A stretch of 64,000 nt of DNA from assembly GCA_963731495.1 (NCBI GenBank), contig CAVSVZ010000006.1, positions 7,178-71,177 on the forward strand, written 5' to 3'. Each line of letters opens with the position of its first letter. The stretch's first letter is position 1. The notes beneath the pieces were generated by a model. That model saw only the letters and a list, made by a program, of their open reading frames with translations, did no database searches and was not told the DNA's origin. Source of the stretch: an uncultured Alphaproteobacteria bacterium. Lineage in GTDB: Bacteria; Pseudomonadota; Alphaproteobacteria; Geminicoccales; Geminicoccaceae. Of this stretch, positions 20,146 through 29,093 are shown in pieces. The position numbers were made by a program, and so were the translations under genes.

Positions 20146-21761
20146 ATGGTGCTCGATCGACTGACAGCCAGGCAGACCGCGCTCGGCGCGGCCCTGGTGC
20201 TCGGCATGGCCCTGGCCAGCTTCGGCGCGCCCGACGCCCTCGCCCAGAACGTGCTGCGGATCGGCAATTCCGGCGAGCCCGACAGCCTCGATCCGCATCA
20301 GGTCTCGGGCAACTGGGAGGACCGCATCGTCGGCGACATGTTCATGGGCCTGACCACCGAGGCGGCCGACGGCACGGTGGTCCCGGGCGCCGCCGAGAGC
20401 TGGACGATCTCCGACGACGGCCTGACCTATACCTTCAAGCTGCGCGACCACACCTGGTCGGACGGCACGCCGGTCACCGCCGACGACTTCGTGTTCGCGC
20501 TCAGGCGGATCCTCGATCCCGCGACCGCGGCCGAATACGCTTACATTCTCTATCCGATCAAGAATGCCGAAGCGATCAACAGCGGCAATCTCGCCGACCT
20601 CGACGCGCTCGGCGTGCGCGCGATCGACCCCAAGACCCTCGAGATCACGCTCGAGCGGCCGACCTCGTATTTCGTCGAGCAGCTGACCCACTACACCGCC
20701 TACCCGGTGCCCAAGCACAAGGTCGACGAGCTCGGCGACGACTGGGTCAAGCCCGACAACATCGTCGGCAACGGCCCCTATACCGTGGTCGAATGGGTGC
20801 CCAACAGCCACGTCAAGATGGTCAAGAACCCGAACTTCTACGACGCCGACAACGTCGCGATCGACGAGGTCGTCTACTTCCCGACCGAGGAGCGCAACGC
20901 CGGCACCAAGCAGTTCCGCGCCGGCGAGCTCGACGTCCAATACGACTTCGCCTCCGAGCAGATCGACCTGCTCAAGGAGAACTTGCCGGAAGCCACCCAC
21001 ATCTCGCCCGAGCTCGCCGCCTACTACTACGTGTTCAACACCAAGGCAGCCGCCGTTCGACGACGTCCGGGTGCGCGAGGCCCTGGCCATGGCGATCGAC
21101 CGCAAGGCGATCACCGAGAAGGTGCTGCGCACCGGCGAGGTGCCGGCCTACAGCCTGGTGCCGCCGAACACCGGCGCCTACGGCGAGCCGCCGCAGGGTC
21201 GAGTGGGCGGACATGCCCTACGCCGAGCGGGTCGAGCAGGCCAAGGAGCTGCTGGCCGAGGCCGGCTACGGCCCCGACAACCCGCTGAAGTTCACCCTGC
21301 GCTACAACACCTCGGAGAACCACAAGAAGATCGCGATCGCGATCGCCGCGATGTGGAAGCAGCTGGGCGTCGAGGCGGAGCTGTTCAACACCGAGGTCAA
21401 GGTCCATTACAACGACCTGCAGGAGCACGATTTCCAGGTGGCGCGCGCCGGCTGGGTCGCCGACTACAACGACCCGGAGAATTTCCTGTCCCTGCTGCGC
21501 GTCAAGACCGGCCCGATGAACTACGGCCAGTACGAGAATGCCGAGTACGACCGGCTGATGGACGAGTCGGACGCGATCACCGATTCGGCCAAGCGCAACG
21601 AGCTGATGCACGAGGCCGAGACCATCATGCTGGCCGACATGCCGGTGATCCCGATCTATCACTACGTCTCCAAGAACCTGGTCTCGCCGAAAATCCAGGG
21701 CTGGGTCGACAACGCCAAGAACAAGCACCGCACCCGCTGGCTCAGCCTGGCCGAAGAGTGA
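20146..21761 (+). pseudogene. peptide/oligopeptide ABC substrate-binding protein (family 5), two frame changes
   Basis: Starts MVLDRLTARQ... with RBS GAGGGGG. The frame changes near 21050 (...YYYVFNTKA | PFDDVRVREALAMAIDRK...) and near 21196 (...GAYGEPP | VEWADMPYAERVEQAKELL...). It ends ...HRTRWLSLAEE*. Confidence 0.8.
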
Positions 21762-21769
21762 GCGTGCCC

Positions 21770-21795
21770 GAGGCGGCGGCTGCGGCCGCCGCCTC
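21770..21795 (+). terminator. GC hairpin between oppA-like and oppB-like genes (attenuator or partial terminator)
   Basis: GAGGCGGCGGC-TGCG-GCCGCCGCCTC gives an 11-bp perfect stem 9 nt after the stop. There is no clear U-tract. Confidence 0.35.
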
Positions 21796-21840
21796 TGTCT
21801 GCCAAAAGCACCAGCGCGGGGCCGGCTGAGCGGCTGCGCC

Positions 21841-22764
21841 ATGAGCGGCTATCTGCTGCGTCGCCTGCTGATCAGCGTGCCGACGCTGCTGGTGATCATC
21901 ACCATCGCGTTCTTCATGATGCGGGTGGCGCCGGGCGGGCCGTTCGACCAGGAGCGCGCGCTGCCGCCCGAGATCGAGCGCAACATGCTGGCGGCCTACA
22001 ATCTCGATGCGCCGCTGGTCGTGCAGTACTGGGACTACCTGAAGGGCGTGCTGCACGGCGACTTCGGGCCGTCGTTCAAATATCGCGACTTCACGGTCGC
22101 CGAGCTGCTGCTGTCCGGCTTTCCGGCGAGCCTCAAGGTCGGCGGCCTGGCGATCGCGCTGGCCGTGGTGATCGGCATCACGCTCGGCACGATCGCGGCC
22201 CTGCGCCAGAACAGCGGCATCGACTACGCGGTGATGGCCACGGCGATGACCGGGATCACGATCCCCAACTTCGTCATGGCGCCGCTGCTGGCGCTGGTCC
22301 TGGGGGTGTATCTCGGCTGGCTGCCGGTCGCCGGCTGGGGCGGTGGTGCGCCGCGCTTCCTGATCCTGCCGGTGATCGCGCTCGCCTTGCCGCAGATCGC
22401 CTACATCGCGCGCCTGACCCGCGGCAGCATGATCGAGACGCTGAGCGCCAATTTCGTGCGCACCGCGCGCGCCAAGGGGCTGCGCGAGCAGATCGTGGTG
22501 GTGCGCCACGCGCTCAAGGGCGCGCTGCTGCCGGTGGTCTCCTATCTCGGGCCGGCCGCCGCCCAGGTCATGACCGGCTCGGTGGTGATCGAGACCATCT
22601 TCGGCATCCCGGGCATCGGCCGCTACTTCGTGCAGGGCGCCTTGAACCGCGACTACACCCTGGTGATGGGCACGGTGATCGTCTACGCGGTGCTGATCAT
22701 CGCGCTCAATCTGGTGGTCGACCTGCTGTACGGCCTGCTCGATCCGAAGGTGAAGCAGCGATGA
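21841..22764 (+). CDS. peptide ABC transporter permease (OppB/DppB type)
   Basis: Intact 307-aa ORF with the typical N-terminus MSGYLLRRLLISVPTLLVIITIAFFMMR and the EAA region. Confidence 0.9.
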   Translation: MSGYLLRRLLISVPTLLVIITIAFFMMRVAPGGPFDQERALPPEIERNMLAAYNLDAPLVVQYWDYLKGVLHGDFGPSFKYRDFTVAELLLSGFPASLKVGGLAIALAVVIGITLGTIAALRQNSGIDYAVMATAMTGITIPNFVMAPLLALVLGVYLGWLPVAGWGGGAPRFLILPVIALALPQIAYIARLTRGSMIETLSANFVRTARAKGLREQIVVVRHALKGALLPVVSYLGPAAAQVMTGSVVIETIFGIPGIGRYFVQGALNRDYTLVMGTVIVYAVLIIALNLVVDLLYGLLDPKVKQR

Positions 22765-23659
22765 GCATCGCTGCCCGCCGGGACCTGCTGGAGCGCGGCC
22801 GCCGAGGTCAAGGGCCGCTCGCTCTGGCAGGACGCGCGCCGCCGGCTGTTCCGCAACAAGGCGGCCGTGGTCTCGATGGTCCTGCTGGCGATCATCGCGA
22901 CCTGGCGCTGCTGGCGCCGTTGCTGAGCCCGCACCCCTATGACGAGGTCTACTGGGAGCGGATCGCGGCGCCGCCGGACTTCGCCAACGCGCACTGGTTC
23001 GGCACCGACGGCAATGGCCGCGATCTGTTCGTGCGCACGCTCTACGGCGCGCGCGTGTCTCGCTGATGGTCGGCATCCTGGCGACCGCGGTCAGCCTGCT
23101 GATCGGGGTCACCTGGGGCGCGATCGCCGGCTATTTCGGCGGCCACCTCGACAACCTGATGATGCGCTTCGTCGACATCATGTACTCGCTGCCGTTCATG
23201 TTCTTCGTGATCCTGCTGATGGTCGTGTTCGGCCGCAACATCTTCCTGATCTTCATCGCGATCGGCGCGGTCGAGTGGCTGACCATGGCGCGCATCGTGC
23301 GCGGCCAGACCCTGTCGATCAAAGGCAAGGAGTTCATCGAGGCGGCGCGCGCCGCGGGCGTCGCCAACCGAAAAATCATCCGCCGCCACATCATCCCGAA
23401 CCTTCTGGGGCCGGTGGTGGTCTACGTCACCCTGACCGTGCCGCAGGTGATCCTGATCGAGAGCTTTCTGTCGTTCCTGGGCCTGGGCGTGCAGGAGCCG
23501 CTGACCAGCTGGGGCGTGCTGATCGAGGACGGCGCCGCCAACATGGAGCAGTCGCCCTGGATGCTGATCTTCCCGGCGACCTTTCTGGCGGTGACCCTGT
23601 TCTGCTTCAACTTCATCGGCGACGGCCTGCGCGACGCGCTGGACCCGAAGGATCGGTAG
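22761..23659 (+). pseudogene. peptide ABC transporter permease (OppC/DppC type), about three frame changes
   Basis: ATGA overlap with oppB. The expected reading ...AAEVKGRSLWQDARRRLFRNKAAVVSMVLLAIIAT / ALLAPLLSPHPYDEVYWE...LYGARVS / LMVGILATAVSLLIG... requires shifts near 22800, 22900 and 23060. The last 197 aa (ORF 23066..23659) are intact. Confidence 0.8.
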
Positions 23660-23670
23660 GCTGCTGATCG

Positions 23671-24318
23671 TCATCGTGGGGCCACGGGATAGATCCTTGA
23701 TGCCCCATGCTGCCAGCCACCCAGCCACTCCAATGTTCTCTTTAGATGAGCGAAGGACCGCGAGTGCCGATCCAAGATATCCCAATCCAATGCCGTAACA
23801 AATCTTACTTGATCTTGCGTTTCCTTGTAGGTTCTTGATCTCATCAAGCCCGAGATCTCCTCCTTGGCGCCTCGAATTTGCTCCGCCTGTGTTAGGTAGT
23901 CTCTCCTGTTGTCCGCCCAATCATATTCCGGGAATCGAACTCGTAAACTTGAAAGAGAAAAGAGGAAAAGGCTTTCAAACTCGCGGACCAAAAGCACCAT
24001 CCCAAGTGGTTTCTCAAAATGCAATGCTTCTAACCGCCCCGAAAAGGCCACCGCCACATCAACTGCACAGTCGTCATCACAATCCAGCAACAACAAGGCA
24101 GAGTCACCGTCATCCCTACTCATAGCATATGCCACAAATCGCTCCAGCATTCCCTCCCTACTCAATTTCTTTATGTCTCCAGCCTTGATGGGTCGCCCGG
24201 CAGGAACGATGTGAGACAGATTGTTGTTTGCTGCCACGCGACGGATTAATTCTGGTACCGCTTTCTGGTCTCCATCACCTTCAACGAGCAAAACCGGCCG
24301 CCACACTCTCGCAATCAT
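23671..24318 (-). CDS. DUF4276 family protein (Toprim-like motif pattern)
   Basis: 215-aa ORF in the low-GC cassette. It has N-terminal VLLVEGDGDQKAVPELI and a later LLLLDCDDDCA, which is the Glu ... DxD pattern. Its start overlaps the ATPase stop (ATGA). Confidence 0.7.
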   Translation of the reverse strand: MIARVWRPVLLVEGDGDQKAVPELIRRVAANNNLSHIVPAGRPIKAGDIKKLSREGMLERFVAYAMSRDDGDSALLLLDCDDDCAVDVAVAFSGRLEALHFEKPLGMVLLVREFESLFLFSLSSLRVRFPEYDWADNRRDYLTQAEQIRGAKEEISGLMRSRTYKETQDQVRFVTALDWDILDRHSRSFAHLKRTLEWLGGWQHGASRIYPVAPR

Positions 24319-25536
24319 TCACTCACGAGCCCCTCAACTGTCATCAACTCTCCTAAAGTGAACAATCTCTCACGAACCGCATCTTTCTGATTTTGGCCGA
24401 CGAACCCCACTTTAGAGTGTCCCTCATGCATTTCCACTGCTACAATCTGATCTGGCGTGAAGTAGTCTACGAGATTCGGGCTGTGAGTAGTGACCAGTAT
24501 TTGCGATCTATGAGCTCGCCTCCCGAATAGCATCAGCCAGCACGGCGAGGACGCCTGGATTAACATTTTGCTCCGGCTCTTCCAATGCAATAGTCTCGGG
24601 TGCATTCGGTTGATAGAGAGAGACCAAAATGCCTAGCACTCTTAGCGTACCATCCGATATCTGAGAGACATTGAAATCATGCGTTTTGCTGCCGGGCTCT
24701 CGCACCCGAAAAGTAGGGACAGCAAGGCCGCCAATACTCTGAATTGTAATATTCTCAAGATTAGGAATAATAAGACGCAGCGCCGCAATAACTTCAGACC
24801 GGCCATACATGCCTCGACGACTTCGAGGCATTGATTTGAACACAGAGGTAAGATTGTTGCCGCTTGAACTAAGTCTTTGATCGTTCGATGGTGTTTGAGG
24901 TGTGCGGAGCGTGTTCGAAAAGATGGAGTAGGCCTCGAATGAAGTAAGAGCACGACGAAGCCCTAGCAGACCTCTAATAGGAAGGCCACGGACCGAGGAT
25001 CGGGTTGACTGGATAAAAAGCTCGTCCCGATCGTCGATTTGGTATTCTTGAGCACGAGCAGTACGGAAGTTGCGATCGTATCGTAAATTGACGCGACCTT
25101 CTCGGTCCCGTGTGTAGGACGTGGTTTCGACGGTACCTTCGGATGGGTTGATACCCGCGGTATCCTCGTCATTATCACCTGAAAGATAGTGAACAGTCTC
25201 AGACCAAACTGCCTCCTCTCGGATTATCCGATAGTGTCCCTTTGCCGACCCCAAGGTCACCGAAAAATGACCCGTACCGGCGCGGCTGTCCATGTTGAGC
25301 GAAATGGAAACATGATATGGACGCGACGGGGACCACTGACGGATGCTATCTATGCCATGTCTATCTGAAACCGCGCGGTCTAGATCGTAGGACACGGCAT
25401 CCTTGATGAAGCGGATGGCATCTATCACATTGCTCTTTCCGGAGCTGTTCGGTCCGACGAGGAGCATCATTCTGCCCAGAGGGAGGTCGAGGCGCTCGAT
25501 GCTCTTGAAGTGCTCGACAGTCAGGCGCCGGATCAT
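24315..25536 (-). pseudogene. ABC-type (AAA_21/OLD-like) ATPase, single frame change near 24511-24525
   Basis: Likely start is MIRRLTVEHFKSIERLDL (ATG 25536). Motifs are Walker A GPNSSGKSN, signature-like QISDGTLRVL, Walker B/D-loop IALEEPEQNVNPG, and H-loop HRSQILVTTHSPN after the shift. The track splits it into ORFs 24508..25596 and 24315..24605. Confidence 0.75.
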
Positions 25537-25598
25537 GAGGTTGCAGTCCACAGGTCCATCGGCGGGGGCCGGGTCAAGTTGAAGCGGTAGATCCATAG

Positions 25599-25661
25599 CA
25601 CCAACGCAACGAATGCGTAAGGGTGGTGGCCAGCCACGCAGAGTTCGCTGACTACCACTAA
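25599..25661 (+). pseudogene. higB: possible 3' relic of higB (RelE/ParE-fold killer protein)
   Basis: 20 codons, ...ECVRVVASHAEFADYH*, ending 12 nt before the higA start. A ...DYH* C-terminus directly upstream of higA is characteristic of HigB. An in-frame stop at 25596-25598 marks where the cassette begins. Confidence 0.3.
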
Positions 25662-25673
25662 AGGAGAGGGACG

Positions 25674-26039
25674 ATGAGCATCCCGATCGAGGACGTGGCC
25701 GCGGGGCGGGTCGATTTCACCGACCTCGAGCGGCCGGGCCACAAGCGCCTGCCGCCCTTGCACCCTGGCGAGGTCCTGCGCGAGGAGTTTCTGGGGCCGC
25801 TCGATATGTCCGCCTATGCGCTCGGCAAAGCACTGCATGTGCCGCTCACCAGGATCACTGCGATCCTGGCCGGCGAGCGCGCGGTCAGCGCCGACACCGC
25901 GCTGCGGCTCGCCCGATTCTTCGGCACCACGCCGGAGTTCTGGATTCGCCTGCAGGGCACCTACGACCTGGAGGTGGCACGGTCCGAGCGCGGTGCCGCG
26001 ATCGCGGCGGAGGTACCGGAGCGGGTGCAGGTGGCCTGA
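25674..26039 (+). CDS. higA: HigA-family antitoxin (XRE-type HTH)
   Basis: 121-aa ORF with RBS AAGGAGAGGG. The sequence HPGEVLREEFLGPLDMSAYALGKALHVPLTRITAILAGERAVSADTALRLARFFGTTPEFWIRLQ is classic HigA/VapI. Confidence 0.85.
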   Translation: MSIPIEDVAAGRVDFTDLERPGHKRLPPLHPGEVLREEFLGPLDMSAYALGKALHVPLTRITAILAGERAVSADTALRLARFFGTTPEFWIRLQGTYDLEVARSERGAAIAAEVPERVQVA

Positions 26040-26594
26040 GGGTGTCGATCGGTCGAGCGGCCGGCCGCAACGACGCCATCTGTTGGCGACCCGGGCGAGG
26101 CCATCAACTCAAAGAGTGGTCGCCCCCCCTCACCGATGGAGTCGATGGAGAATCAGCCTGGATTGATGTGAAAAATCAATCCACGGAACGTCCGTCGAGT
26201 TCGAGACGACCGTATGTTATCATGGGAAAACCTCGTCTAAAAACCATAACAAGGTCCGCCGATCATCGTGAATTCATCCAATCCACAGATGCCTTTTCAT
26301 CCGGGTGATGGAGAATGATCAATAGCTATAACTGAATTCGTGATCGCCGATATCAGCGATGCGCCGGCCATGCGTCGCAAATGGCGCAGATATGCGTCGG
26401 CTTAGATTGGAAGTGTCGCATCTCATCGCATGGCGAAGCAAAGTAAAACACATGCATCAGTACGATCAGCTTCCAGTAAGCCAGGATCAGCATGGAGATG
26501 CTGGAGGCAACAATCGCCGCGTGCAGTTAGCATGCTGTTTTCGCTATTCTTTTCTGGAAGCACGGCATTCGATCGATTGATGCAAAAGGGGCCT

Positions 26595-26638
26595 CGACGC
26601 TGACTGGAGATATCGCTGATCCGGAGCGTCGCTTTTTT
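26595..26638 (+). terminator. intrinsic-terminator-like hairpin followed by T6
   Basis: CGACGCT (26595-26601) pairs with AGCGTCG (26625-26631), extended by CTGGA/TCCGG, followed by C-TTTTTT (26633-26638). An A-run lies upstream, so it could act in both directions. Confidence 0.4.
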
Positions 26639-26738
26639 GCCCCCTGGAGGGCAGCGCAGATATGCGTCGCCTGTAGCATCGAAGGCTTGAAATCAGGGCA
26701 CAGAATTCGATAGCGTGATATCGTATTGGGAGGCCGCG

Positions 26739-26987
26739 ATGGCGCAGTTGCTGGTTCGCAATCTCGATGAGGACGTGAAGGCACGCTTGCAGAGGCGGGC
26801 GCGGCGGCACGGACGTAGCACCGAGGCGGAGGTGCGCGAGATCCTCCGCAATGCGGTGCGCGACGAGGCGGAGGACCCCAGGCCCCTCGGCAGTCGGATC
26901 CGCGCCCGCTTCGCCGGCATCGGCCCGGACGACGACTTGCCGGATCTGCACGGCGGACCGGCCCGGCCTGCGGCCTTCGAGAGGTGA
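26739..26987 (+). CDS. vapB: ribbon-helix-helix antitoxin (FitA/VapB-like)
   Basis: MAQLLVRNLDEDVKARLQRRARRHGRSTEAEVREILRNAV... with RBS GGGAGG. It has a GTGA overlap with the PIN gene. Confidence 0.8.
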   Translation: MAQLLVRNLDEDVKARLQRRARRHGRSTEAEVREILRNAVRDEAEDPRPLGSRIRARFAGIGPDDDLPDLHGGPARPAAFER

Positions 26988-27406
26988 TCGTCCTCGACAC
27001 CGATGTCGTGTCGGCCCTGATGCGGCGCGAGATCGATCCGGTCGTGGTCGCGTGGCTCGACACGCAGCCCTCGGAGTCGATCTGGACGACCGCCGTGGCC
27101 GTGTGGGAGATCCGCTCGGACCTGGAGGCGCTGGCCGAAGGGCGCAGCCGGCGGCATCTCGAGGCGGCGTTGGAGGTCATGCTGAGGGACGATCTCGAAG
27201 GCCGCGTCCTGCCGTTCGAGCAGATCGCGGCGTGGCAGGCGGCCTTGATCGCGGACCGCCGCAAGCGGGCCGGCCAGGCGATTGTGATGCGAGATGCGCA
27301 GATCGCCGGGATCGTCGCCGCCAGGCGCGGCACCTTGGCGACCCGCAACACGCGGCATTTCAGCGATCTTGGCATAGCGCTGGTCGACCCTTGGGCGGTC
27401 CCTTGA
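26984..27406 (+). CDS. vapC: PIN-domain toxin VapC/FitB-like
   Basis: 140-aa ORF starting MIVLDTDVVSALMRRE... and ending ...DAQIAGIVAARRGTLATRNTRHFSDLGIALVDPW. The acidic residues are in the expected places. Confidence 0.85.
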   Translation: MIVLDTDVVSALMRREIDPVVVAWLDTQPSESIWTTAVAVWEIRSDLEALAEGRSRRHLEAALEVMLRDDLEGRVLPFEQIAAWQAALIADRRKRAGQAIVMRDAQIAGIVAARRGTLATRNTRHFSDLGIALVDPWAVP

Positions 27407-27720
27407 ATGCGGTCGGAGGCTCCTTTGGCCGATCCGTCTCCCTCCATCGTGAACGGGAAGCAACCGGGGAACGCTCATGGGCCGCGATGGCTGGTCAACC
27501 GTTCGCTCCGGCTCTCGACGGCTCGCCCTGATCGCCGAGGGAAATCGCAGGCTGTTTTTGAACACACAGAGCCGACGCGGCGTCCACCGCCAGCCCGGTT
27601 CGAGGGCCGCGCTGCCCCTGGCCGGCATGGGTGTGCTGGCCTATGGTGGCCCGCGGCAATGGGAGTAGTTGCCCGTCGTCGTCCCGATCAACCGCAAAGA
27701 ACCACGCGAAGACCGATCCG

Positions 27721-28635
27721 ATGAAAGCCAAGTTTTTCGACTGCCCGCCGTTCCTGCACGCGCTCTACCGGGGTGACCTGGCCGCGATCGTGCCGGACCT
27801 GGAGATCAACGTCGGCAGCCCGTCGCGTGACGAGGCGATCGCGCTGCTGGCGGACGCCGCGTTCGCGATGAACGACCATACCAAGATGGACGAGGCCTTT
27901 CTGGCGGCCTGCCCGAACCTGAAATCGATCGTGTTCCTGGGCACCGGCGCTGCCAGCTACATCGACCTCGCCGCCGCCGAGCGCCTGGGGGTCCGCGTGC
28001 GCGCCTATGGCGGCTATGGCGACCAGAGCGTGGCCGAGCATGCGATCGCGCTGATGTTCGCGGCCGCGCGGCAGGTCGCAACCATGGACCGGGCGCTGCG
28101 GCGCGGCCATTGGGAGACCCTGAACGGCATGGAGCTGGCCGGCAAAGTTCTGGGGGTGGTCGGCACCGGCGGCATCGGCAAGGCGATGGTGCGGCTCGGC
28201 CACGGCCTCGGCATGCGGGTGATCGCCTGGAACCGGAGCGGCGTGCCTGCAGACGTGCCGTGCCGGGCGGCCGTGCTCGACGACCTGCTGGCGCAGGCCG
28301 ATGTGGTCTCGCTGCACCTGGCGCTGAACGAGGGCAGCCGCGGCATGATCGATCGCCGCCGGATCGGCCTGATGCGGCCGGATACCATCCTGATCAACAC
28401 CGCGCGCGGTGCGATCCTCGACGAGGCGGCCCTGGTCGACGCGCTGCGCGCGGGGCGGATCGGCCATGCCGGTCTCGACGTGTTCGCCGACGAGCCGCTG
28501 GCGGCGGACCATCCGCTGACCCGGCTCGACAACGTCACCCTGACCGCGCATGCCGCGTTCATGACCGACCAGGCATCGGAGCGCCTGCTGCGCATGGCGC
28601 TCGAGATTCTGGCCGAGGAGCGCGCCGCCGGCTGA
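27721..28635 (+). CDS. D-2-hydroxyacid dehydrogenase family protein (NAD-binding)
   Basis: ATG 27721 (MKAKFFDCPP...) within ORF 27631..28635. It has the GVVGTGGIGKAM nucleotide-binding motif and ...NTARGAILDE...HAAF.... Confidence 0.85.
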   Translation: MKAKFFDCPPFLHALYRGDLAAIVPDLEINVGSPSRDEAIALLADAAFAMNDHTKMDEAFLAACPNLKSIVFLGTGAASYIDLAAAERLGVRVRAYGGYGDQSVAEHAIALMFAAARQVATMDRALRRGHWETLNGMELAGKVLGVVGTGGIGKAMVRLGHGLGMRVIAWNRSGVPADVPCRAAVLDDLLAQADVVSLHLALNEGSRGMIDRRRIGLMRPDTILINTARGAILDEAALVDALRAGRIGHAGLDVFADEPLAADHPLTRLDNVTLTAHAAFMTDQASERLLRMALEILAEERAAG

Positions 28636-29093
28636 GCTGTCGGGGGACGCTGCCGGCTTTCGCTGCGTCCGGCGGGACGCGTTACGGGACCTTAACCCTG
28701 TGGCCGTAAACCCTGGGCGGCAATCATAAGTCCGCGCGGGCACCATCGTTGGTTGGACGAGCCGGGACCGCGCGGCGCGGTCGGGACGGTCCATGCGTTC
28801 GGGTGCCCAGTCCTCGAAGGCGGTCTTGTGGCCGCACGTCATCGCGCACTCGAAGGGCGTGCGCGCGGGCGCGATCACGGTAAGCGCGCTGGTCTCCTTG
28901 CTGGTCGCCGCCTGCGCCGGGCAGCCGGGCCAGGGCGCCATGACGCCGACCGCGGAGCCGCCCCGGGTGCTGGCGCCCGGGCAGACCACGCCGCAAAGGG
29001 CGTTGCGATCCGTGTTCCTGTGCCTCGTTTCAAGCCGGCGCGCACCAAGTCTGCCAGGCCGAGCCCAAGCGCCTGGTCTCGCCTGCGCCGCGG

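Noticed and set aside
23690-25594. TAGATCC 7-mer near both ends of the low-GC cassette (23690-23696 and 25588-25594) as possible target-site duplication
   Set aside because: Seven bases is within chance expectation. The left copy lies inside the DUF4276 coding sequence rather than at the compositional boundary. No integrase or transposase is present.
26359-26580. 73-aa track ORF in the AT-rich spacer, and the antisense hydrophobic mini-ORF
   Set aside because: The 73-aa product has no recognisable features or RBS. The antisense peptide lacks a Shine-Dalgarno sequence. Both are kept only as part of the spacer finding, not as genes.
28856-29093. Lipoprotein-like signal (V)RAGAITVSALVSLLVAAC|AGQPGQG upstream of the TPR protein, which would make it a PilF/PilW-like pilotin lipoprotein
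   Set aside because: It is in a different frame from the TPR ORF. Joining them would need two additional frame changes for which I have no homology support.
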